DNA of 64,000 bases, taken from Candidatus Bathyarchaeota archaeon. GTDB taxonomy: Archaea; Thermoproteota; Bathyarchaeia; Bathyarchaeales; Bathycorpusculaceae. The stretch's first letter is position 1, and each line of letters begins with the position of its first letter. The notes below the pieces were generated by a model. That model was not told where the DNA came from. It saw only the letters and a program-made list of their open reading frames with translations, and searched no databases. This document shows, one piece after another, positions 1 to 8,300 of this stretch. Position numbers and translations under genes: made by a program. The DNA lies in contig CAWFFH010000005.1 in the NCBI GenBank assembly GCA_963815095.1, positions 32,001-96,000 of the forward strand. Direction: 5' to 3'.

Positions 1-350
1 TGTCTTTTTCAAGCAAATCCCGTTTGCTAGGTAACTGAGAGGTTCTAATAAGAATTGTGTATTGCGATACAACGCGTTGACGGTGGTCATAATAACATTT
101 GTTATGGCATCGTTAAAAGTTAGGGGTTGACTGCTCTCGCCTGTACTCCATGTTAACTGAGGCGTTTTGAAGTCACCGAAGAAAAAAAGTTGTGCAGGTG
201 ACGTCTTCCATTTGGAACAAGTTCAAATTCCAGTCGTCCTCCATTTCAATTTTGTTGCCAAAACTTTAGTTAAGAAACTTTGATATCAAACCTTTTTAGT
301 ACAGAAAATTTTATTAGGTTTTGAGTTGCAGACTCTGACTCAGGGATGGC

Positions 351-1760
351 ATGATAAACTCGATTTCTAAAAGCGCCTTTGGAATTGTCACAGCGTTTAT
401 TTTTTGCTTGCTTATTTTGTCTCCAATCATAAGTGCAAATACTTTACCAGCATGGGTCAAGACTTACGGGGCTCCAGAGATCGATAGTTATCCGATCAGG
501 AATTTTGTCTTTCAGCGAAGTGAGGGCGGGTATGCTTTGTTTAGAGATAGCGAGCAAGAGTCTAACAACACGGTAATTCATCACCTTTGGTTCTCTGAGG
601 TTGACATACAAGGAAAAACATTATTGGAAAAAGAGATTCTCTTGAATTCAGGTTACTCCCAAGTAATTCAGTCATCAGATGGTGGCTATGCAATTTTGGT
701 TACCGGTGGGCTTGTCAAGCTCGACTCTGAAGGCAACATCCTATGGAGCCAAACATATGAAGGCGAATACACACTCGTTTTTTTGGATTCAATTTGCCAG
801 ACAAAGGAAGGAGGCTTTATGATAGGCGGCATTATCAGTGGATATACTGGTCATTCAGAAGTAATCGGCAATACAAGAACTACTTACGAGTACCCTGAAC
901 AATCTTGCCTAATCAAAGTGGATTCTACGGGTAAATTTGAATGGAACCAAACTTTTTCCATCGAGGACATGCCTACGCATCTGGTATCGGTGGTTCAAAC
1001 AAGTGATGGCGGTTACGCTGTAGCGGGAACGAGTGATGGTCAATATACGTCTTCTATTGCGCAGATTTTTTTTGCTAAAACAGACAATTCAGGAAACGTT
1101 CTTTGGGACAAATTGATCGGGGTAGAAAACGTCCAAGAGTATCCGACTTCGATGTTTCAGACAAGCGACGGCGGCTATATTATTGCAGGCGTACTGGCGA
1201 AGAATTCTTCTGCGAGTGCGCCGGAGTTGGTTAAACTTGATTCGACTGGCAATATTCAATGGCAACAACTATACGGTGGAGACCTAACTGCAGTAATTGC
1301 TTCGGTGATTCAAACAAACGACGGCGGTTACGTTTTTGCAGGAGATAAACAAGCGAGCGACACAAGTGACAACGTTTATGGATTTAATTTCTGGTTAGTT
1401 AATGTTGATTCTAAAGGCAATACACAGTGGGAACACTTATTTCCACTCTCAAGCTACGACTTTACTAATCAAGTTATTCAAACCAATGACAACGGATACC
1501 TTATAACAGGATACACCAGCCCTGATAGCAATTCTTTGTTGATTCCTTGTTTGATAAAGACTGATGAAAACGGCAATACATCCGACTTGTCTTTGCAGGA
1601 TGCTTCTAATCCTTCACCATCCATCCCAGAGTTAGCGTTATGGATAATTCTGCCCCTATTCATGGTAGCAACATTACTGACTTTGGTATTTGTTAGAAGA
1701 AAAACCCCAAAAACACCCTATTCACCCAAAAAACACGGAACAGCAAATGGTTGTGCCTAA
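351..1760 (+). CDS. Secreted beta-propeller-like repeat protein with PEF-CTERM-like C-terminal anchor
   Basis: N-terminal signal peptide; about 6 repeats of QTxDGGY...K(L/T/V)DSxGNxxW; C-terminal IPEL + hydrophobic helix + RRK. Confidence 0.8.
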   Translation: MINSISKSAFGIVTAFIFCLLILSPIISANTLPAWVKTYGAPEIDSYPIRNFVFQRSEGGYALFRDSEQESNNTVIHHLWFSEVDIQGKTLLEKEILLNSGYSQVIQSSDGGYAILVTGGLVKLDSEGNILWSQTYEGEYTLVFLDSICQTKEGGFMIGGIISGYTGHSEVIGNTRTTYEYPEQSCLIKVDSTGKFEWNQTFSIEDMPTHLVSVVQTSDGGYAVAGTSDGQYTSSIAQIFFAKTDNSGNVLWDKLIGVENVQEYPTSMFQTSDGGYIIAGVLAKNSSASAPELVKLDSTGNIQWQQLYGGDLTAVIASVIQTNDGGYVFAGDKQASDTSDNVYGFNFWLVNVDSKGNTQWEHLFPLSSYDFTNQVIQTNDNGYLITGYTSPDSNSLLIPCLIKTDENGNTSDLSLQDASNPSPSIPELALWIILPLFMVATLLTLVFVRRKTPKTPYSPKKHGTANGCA

Positions 1761-2028
1761 TAGTCTCCATTTATCTGAGGCTGGCGAGCACCTAAACCTG
1801 ACTATTATCTTATTTAACGGCAACTAAAACATCCTTCGCTCTTGCCTTCAACAGACGGAAATCGACCTATGCAGATGCATCCAAAAAAATCCTCTAAAGT
1901 CTGTGCGGCTAAAGCAACCTAAAACAAAGAAACCAAAAAACATCACCCACCCACCAATTTTATTAAATCAACCCTTCAAAGAAAAGTATAAATGGATTTT
2001 TAGCCTTATGTCCATATGGTAATATGCC

Positions 2029-2163
2029 ATGTCTTTGAGAGTTCAAATCGACACCAAATTGGAACGCAAATTCAGAGAAGTTGCTATGAAAAAATACGGC
2101 TACACAAAAGGCGCTTTAAGCAATGCTTTTTCTCCACTTCACATAGCAAGTTTAAATGAGTGA
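2029..2163 (+). pseudogene. Truncated ribbon-helix-helix (CopG-like) antitoxin, not in ORF track
   Basis: MSLRVQIDTKLERKFREVAMKKYGYTKGALSNA resembles archaeal RHH antitoxins, then runs into the next promoter; TATA-like AAGTATAAAT at ~1984-1993 and palindrome CCATATGG at 2012-2019 upstream. Confidence 0.6.
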
Positions 2164-2166
2164 TTG

Positions 2167-2187
2167 TCCCACTACATATTGGTGGGA
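2167..2187. promoter_or_regulatory. Inverted repeat TCCCAC-N9-GTGGGA, probable autoregulatory operator
   Basis: Between TATA-like TTTAAAT (2151-2157) and the antitoxin ATG. Confidence 0.55.
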
Positions 2188-2435
2188 TGATGGAACATAT
2201 TACGCTCAAAATAGATTCAAAAGGCAGACTTTGCATTCCAGCAGAAGTCAGGGAAGAAATCGGAGACACAGCTACGCTGAAAAAAACACCCGAAGGTTAC
2301 CTCATAATCCCCGGCAAACAAGAAAATTTTCTGACAGAATTCCAGAAAGTCATCGAATCAAAACACAAAAGAACAGGAAAACCGGAAAACTGGTCACCTG
2401 AAAAAATGAAGTCAATCTGGAGCCAAACTAAATGA
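2187..2435 (+). CDS. AbrB/MazE/SpoVT-family antitoxin (VapB-type)
   Basis: KIDSKGRLCIPAEVREEIG AbrB motif; ATGA overlap with PIN gene. Confidence 0.88.
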   Translation: MMEHITLKIDSKGRLCIPAEVREEIGDTATLKKTPEGYLIIPGKQENFLTEFQKVIESKHKRTGKPENWSPEKMKSIWSQTK

Positions 2436-2866
2436 TTTTTGGCTTAGATGCCAACATAATCTGCTATGCCCTGGATGAAGAATATCCTGAACACAAAAAA
2501 GTTAGCAATTTGCTCTTTAATTTATCTGATGAAAACAAAATTGCCCTAAACCCAACCACAATCCATGAAACATACCATACGCTTGTTTTTGGGCAGAAAT
2601 GGATTCCACAAGACGCGGCTGAAACACTAAAAATGCTGCTAAAGCATCCTTACATTAAATTTCTAAATCAAACAATGAAAAGCACAACAATTGCTTTAAC
2701 CTTGTCTGTGAAGCATGGGCTCGGCGGAAGAGATGCACTCATAATAGCCAACTTTTTAGCAAATGAGGTACCCATCATGTATACTCACGATAGGGAAATC
2801 TTGAAGATTCAAAAAATCTTATGGAAAAAATCCAATCTAACATTCAAGGACCCTCTAATCAAGTAA
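2432..2866 (+). CDS. vapC: PIN-domain toxin (VapC family)
   Basis: LDANII...E...RDALIIA...YTHD acidic PIN residues. Confidence 0.88.
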   Translation: MIFGLDANIICYALDEEYPEHKKVSNLLFNLSDENKIALNPTTIHETYHTLVFGQKWIPQDAAETLKMLLKHPYIKFLNQTMKSTTIALTLSVKHGLGGRDALIIANFLANEVPIMYTHDREILKIQKILWKKSNLTFKDPLIK

Positions 2867-3096
2867 ACCGCTGCTCCCCAGAAAAGAACAACTTTTCCCT
2901 TGAAGCCTAATTTGTCATTTACAAACTTTTTTCAAAAACCTTTGCCTCTGGCATTGTGTTTGGTACTTTTAGCTTCGTTAATCCACTATTGTTTTAACCT
3001 TTAAATTAACTTCAATTGGAAAACTGACAACGATTGAAGTCGGATAAATTATGGCCCTTGAAATAGGAATCATCTTTGATCCAGCAACAATTATAT

Positions 3097-3111
3097 TCTG
3101 GATTATCCAGA
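3097..3111. promoter_or_regulatory. Palindromic operator TCTGGAT-T-ATCCAGA
   Basis: Perfect 7-1-7 inverted repeat abutting TATA-like TTATATT (3091-3097) before the second TA pair. Confidence 0.65.
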
Positions 3112-3129
3112 TAACTTAAGTGATCTGTA

Positions 3130-3402
3130 ATGGCAACAATTCTAGTAAAAAATCTGCCAGAAGAACTACTAAGAGAACTAAAACGGCTCAAGGTAGAACT
3201 AGGCTGTAAAACCTGGGCTAACCTCCTTTCCGAACTAGTTGCCAGCGAAAAGATTCTGCTCAATGAAGAAAAAAATAACCAGACTGACACTGGCGTCCAG
3301 AATTTTCTAAACCTAAGGACAGCAGTCTCAGCCAAATGGAATAGCGGTCCCACAGTACTGGAAGAAACACGCAGGTCTAGAAAACATGAAACAATCAAGT
3401 AG
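3130..3402 (+). CDS. Putative antitoxin (RHH-like N-terminus)
   Basis: MATILVKNLPEELLRELK start; overlaps downstream PIN gene. Confidence 0.78.
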   Translation: MATILVKNLPEELLRELKRLKVELGCKTWANLLSELVASEKILLNEEKNNQTDTGVQNFLNLRTAVSAKWNSGPTVLEETRRSRKHETIK

Positions 3403-3832
3403 ACTTCTTACTTTAGATGCCAATGTCCTTATCGCCGCATTAAAGGCAGATGAACCTTACAGCGAAAAATGTGCCGAAATACTTTCTAAAGTCCCAAACC
3501 AATTTCAGCTAACAGAACCAAGCATAATCTACCAGGAAGTATGCGGAACTCTTGCAAGAAAAACAAGCCTGGAGATAGCCAACGAAGCAAGAAAACAAAT
3601 GGACCTTATGATTAACCCAAAACTATTGACCAATTGTGACAAAAACCTTTGCACATCAGCATTTTGCCTATGCTCAGAATACAACACATACTCAATCGAT
3701 GCACTCTACCTACAAGTAGCTCTAAAAAATAAAGCAATCCTTGTTTCATTAGACAAAGAAGACTTCATAGATAGAATAAAAAAGAAAAAACCACCCATCG
3801 AAGTTTACAATGTCTCCGAATTTCCCTACTGA
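3386..3832 (+). CDS. vapC: PIN-domain toxin (VapC family)
   Basis: LDANVL...EV...DALYLQVA...LVSLD PIN pattern. Confidence 0.88.
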   Translation: MKQSSRLLTLDANVLIAALKADEPYSEKCAEILSKVPNQFQLTEPSIIYQEVCGTLARKTSLEIANEARKQMDLMINPKLLTNCDKNLCTSAFCLCSEYNTYSIDALYLQVALKNKAILVSLDKEDFIDRIKKKKPPIEVYNVSEFPY

Positions 3833-3857
3833 ACAGCAAAACCATTATTTTCAGATG

Positions 3858-4163
3858 TCATGGCTTGAAATTTGTTGAGGCTGTAAGGCTTTCGTTGTGA
3901 TTTAGTTGGGTTCTTTTGCTTTTGATGAAAATCATAATTTTGGCGAAATCCCGCTTCACTGTCCGCTCACTGACATGAAGCTGCCGCGCGATTTGTTTGA
4001 TGCCCAAGCCTTGATTTTGCAGCTCCAGGGCTTGTTTGCGTCGGTTCGTTTCTGCTTTGAATTTTTCTAAGCTTTTGTAGTACTTGCCAATTCGCCGATA
4101 CCTCGCTTCCCTTTTCACACTATTGTGTTTTTTTGTGTCAAAAACTGCATTGCGCATGCTCAA
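3858..4163 (-). CDS. Small basic HTH DNA-binding protein (LuxR/resolvase-like HTH), possibly truncated
   Basis: QGLGIKQIARQLHVSERTVKRD helix-turn-helix. Confidence 0.65.
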   Translation of the reverse strand: MSMRNAVFDTKKHNSVKREARYRRIGKYYKSLEKFKAETNRRKQALELQNQGLGIKQIARQLHVSERTVKRDFAKIMIFIKSKRTQLNHNESLTASTNFKP

Positions 4164-4637
4164 ATAGCCCCCAAACGTGCGATAACGGATTTTTTATGTT
4201 CCCTAAAAACCTCAAAAAACAACCCAAAACACCAAATATCCTTGAATTTTCGACTTTTCATCCATAAATCACTCTTAAATTTTTTGAGTCCCAATGATTT
4301 GTGACAAAAGTGCCATATTTTATCAAACCAAATATAACCTTTAACACATCACTTCAAGGCAGCAAACAACTTTTTGCCACCACCCAAACCCCCCAAAATA
4401 GCCCTCAAGCCAATCAACGCAACCCCTTTAAGACCAGCGAATGGTCTAAGAGACGAAGGTTGAAAAATCTGCTCTTATGTTATGTCTTATCTTTTTTATC
4501 AGCTACCGCAACCTCTACAGGTAACGCAGGTTTTTTTGCAACAAAAATTTTTTCGCTAGCAGAGCTTCATTTACTATCTCTATGGTTAGGTGCAATAATA
4601 ATTAAATAGGGAACGAGCCAATAGATATTGAGAAGAC

Positions 4638-4832
4638 ATGACGATTGAAATTGAGTTAAAGGAAATAAAAAGTCTGCTCTCAGAGTTGAAACAGAAAATG
4701 GATATTCTGATTGAAGAAAAAGAAACTTCAACAATGATGGGTTTATCCGAGAAATCGCTTAAGGACTTCTTTTCAAAAGAACCTGAAATTTACACAATTA
4801 AAGATATAAAAGCTAAGGTTAACTGTGTTTGA
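4638..4832 (+). CDS. Putative antitoxin of MazF/PemK toxin
   Basis: 64 aa; LSEKSLKDFFSKEPEIY tail; overlaps toxin start. Confidence 0.72.
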   Translation: MTIEIELKEIKSLLSELKQKMDILIEEKETSTMMGLSEKSLKDFFSKEPEIYTIKDIKAKVNCV

Positions 4833-5155
4833 AAGGAAAAATAGTCCTTATACCTTTTCCGTTCACAGACCTAACAGCAACCAAACTAAGGCCTGCACTT
4901 GTTCTTTATGAAGGAGAAAAAGATGTCGTAGTGGCTTTCATTTCCTCCAGAACGGACAAGCCAAAACCCGTTGACATCATCATCAACGAAAAAAATGTTG
5001 AATTCAAACAAACAGGACTCAAACTAACCTCAACCATAAAACTCGACAAGGTCGCAACAATATCAAAAGATCTCATTATAGGCGAAATCGGTGAAGTAGG
5101 ACCTAAACTTAAAAAAGAAGTAAACCGCAAAATCACGGAAATCTACAATTTGTAA
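4829..5155 (+). CDS. mazF: PemK/MazF-family endoribonuclease toxin
   Basis: KGKIVLIPFPFTDLTATKLRPALVL...FISS...GLKLTSTIKLDK. Confidence 0.9.
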   Translation: MKGKIVLIPFPFTDLTATKLRPALVLYEGEKDVVVAFISSRTDKPKPVDIIINEKNVEFKQTGLKLTSTIKLDKVATISKDLIIGEIGEVGPKLKKEVNRKITEIYNL

Positions 5156-5386
5156 GTTGGCATTGACTGTGACAGTTAACAATACAAAAAGTGAAAGTCC
5201 TTGCCTAAAATTCCACTTGTAGATTCCAATCAGTTAAACCGATAGTTTTCTCAAAGAAGAAGATTGCTACAGGGCACTTCTTCTATTGGAGCTTTTTTCT
5301 TGTTGGCCGTAGGTGCTAAAGAAGTTGTTATTGTGCAACTTTGTGTGGTATGTGGTTGCAACGAAATTATTGTTGGTGGACAAAAG

Positions 5387-8300
5387 TTATAATGTTGCTG
5401 TTACACTCGCGCCGTTAGCTCTTGGACTTGGATCTCTAATGATCACGGTAGGAGCCGAAGTGTAACCGCTGCCTGGATTTGTAAGCACTATGCCGATAAT
5501 TACGCCATTTGAGACTCTAGCTGTTGCCGTTGCGCCTGTTCCGCCTCCGCCTGTGATGATTATAGCCGGAGTAGTATAGCAGCTACCGCCACTCTGAACA
5601 ACAAAACCTGTAATTGATAATGTTCCAACTGTGATTGTTGCATTGTTAGATTGGGCAGACCCAGTGTTTTTGTCTGTAACTATTAGGTAGATAGTTGAGT
5701 TTCCAGAAGATGTTGGGGTGAAAGTCCAGCTGCTTTCATTGGCATTTGAAATTTGGGTCCCGTTGAGGTACCACTGATAAATGTATGGTTGTGCCCCCCC
5801 AGAAACGGTACTGTTGAATGTTTGCGGTTCTCCTATTGTCATGTTACCGGATACGGGATTGATTGAAACGATAAGCTGAGAATAAACTATGATGTCTGTT
5901 ATGATGTTTGATTGAGTTTTGATGCCAAAAGCATCAGTGATGTTTAGGTAGATTTTGTAGTGACCCTCTAAAGTTGGCGTGAAAGTCCAATTCTGGCTGT
6001 TTGCTCCCGAAACAGCGGTGTCGTTGAGATACCACTGGAAAGAATACGGAGTTGTGCCTCCCGAAACTATAGAATCAAACGTTTGCGACTGCCCAAGGTA
6101 CATTCTAACCTGCACAGGCGAGATAGTTACATTTGTTAAAGATTCAACCATTAAGGTCGCATTATTTGACTGAATCATTGCAGTGTTATTATCTGCGACG
6201 ATAAGGTAGACACTGAAATCTCCAGATGATACAGGAATGAACGTCCAGGTGCTAGAGCTTGCATTTAGAATTGGACTGCCATTAAGGTACCATTGATAAC
6301 TATAAGGTTGGGATCCACCTGTCACGATACAGTTGAATAGCTGTGGTGTTCCAATGGTCGTATTAATTAAAGCAGGACTTATCGAGGCTGAAAGTAAGGG
6401 GTAAACTGTTATGTTTGCTTCAATGTCTGATCGAGCAATTATGTTGAATGCGTCAGTGACCTTTAGGAAGATTCTGTAGGTTCCAGCAGAGGTAGGTGTG
6501 AAGATCCAGTTTTCACTGGTTGCGCCCAAAATTGCGGAGTTATTTTGGTACCACTGGTAAGAATATGGAGCGGTTCCTCCTGATACGGTTGAATTGAAAG
6601 TTTGGGATTCTCCAAGGTACATTTTTTCTTTAATCGCATTGAAACTAACAACCAAAGGCGTTTCAACCAATACTGTTGCATTATTGGATTGTGCGGTGAA
6701 AATGTTGTTGTCAGTTACTTTTACATAGATTTTGTAGGGTCCTATTGATTGGGGAATGAATGTCCACGAGCTGTTGTTTGTATCTGGAACTGCATTGTCG
6801 TTGAGGTACCATTGATATGTATAGAGTTGGTCCCCGCCGGAGACGATGCTGACGAAGGTTTGTGGGGTTCCAACTGTGGTGTTCATTGAGGTTGGACTGA
6901 TTGAAACAGCTAATTGGGGATAAACCATGATGTCTGCTACTACATTGGATTGAGTTTTGGTGTTGAGAGCATCTGTTATGTTGAGGTAAATGTTGAAATT
7001 TCCAGTCTGAGATGGGTTAAAATTCCAGATTGAGTCGGCTGCACCAGAAACAGCGGTTCCATTCAATACCCACTGATAAGTGAAAGGTGCCACACCGCCT
7101 ACTACAGTTGAGTTAAACTGTTGTGATCCGCCGAAAACTATGTTTGCCGAGGTTGGGCTAATTGAAACTGACAGTTGAATGTAAACCAAAATATCGGTCA
7201 AAATGTTAGATTGAGCTTGGCTGTTGAGGCTGTCAGTAACATTGAGATAAACGTTGTAGTGACCTGTTTGTGTTGGTGTAAAGTTCCATGTCGAACTATT
7301 CGCCCCAGTTACAGCAGTGCCGTTAAGGAACCATTGGTAAGTTAAGGGTTGAGCTCCTCCTTGAACAGTAGAGTTGAACGTTTGCGTGGTCCCAACGATC
7401 ATATTAACCAAAGTGGGGCTGATTGAAACGGTCAATTGGGGATAAACAGTGATGTCTATGACAATGTTAGATTGGACTTTGAAGTTTAATGCATCGGTTA
7501 CATTGAGATAAATTCTATAGTGTCCCGCAACTGTTGGGGTGAAGTTCCAAACGCTAGAAGTAGCTCCTGTCACAGCGGTATCATTGAGGTACCATTGGTA
7601 GGCATAAGGAGTGAGGCCGCCTACTATGGTCGAATTGAATTGTTGCGTGTCCCCAACGGTTATGTTCACTGAATTGGGATTGATTGTTGCAGATGGCTGT
7701 GAATAGACGTTGATAGTAGCCATGTTGGATTGGACTGTGCAGTTTAAGCTGTCAGTTGCATTAAGATAGATACCATAGGACCCTGTGAAGTTTGCTGTGT
7801 AAATCAAAGTCGAGGTTGTTGAGCCTGATATTGCAGTACCGTTCGCATAACACCATTGATAAGTATACGGGGCGAGGCCTCCAGTAACTGCAGAGTTGAA
7901 TTGCTGATATCCGCCTAAAGTTATGTTTGCGAATAATGGGCTAATAGAAACCGACGGCGGAGCATAAACTTCGATATCGTTAACAACATTGGATTTCGTT
8001 TGATAATTGAGACTATCAGTAACATTTAGGTAAATGCTGTATTGTCCACTTTGAGTTGGAGTGAAAGTCCAGTTAGCGCCTGTGGCAGCTGAAACTGCAA
8101 TTTCATTCAGATACCATTGATAAGCATAAGGCGGACTGCCTCCTGAAACTGAAGAATCAAAAATCTCAGACTTTCCCAGACCAATTCTAACATTAGTTGG
8201 AGTGATATTAACGGTAGGAATTGACGTTAGATTAGCTGAAAAACTAAAAGAGTCACCCGAATCCGTAATCCACAAATCATCCCAAACCGAATACGTTGAA

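Noticed and set aside
4301-4609. 102-aa plus-strand ORF from the track
   Set aside because: Low-complexity translation of intergenic DNA with no SD or recognisable motif.
1760-5387. Integron-like cassette array of TA modules (GTTAGGT at ~4585)
   Set aside because: No paired RYYYAAC...GTTRRRY attC-like stems after the genes and no integrase in the window.
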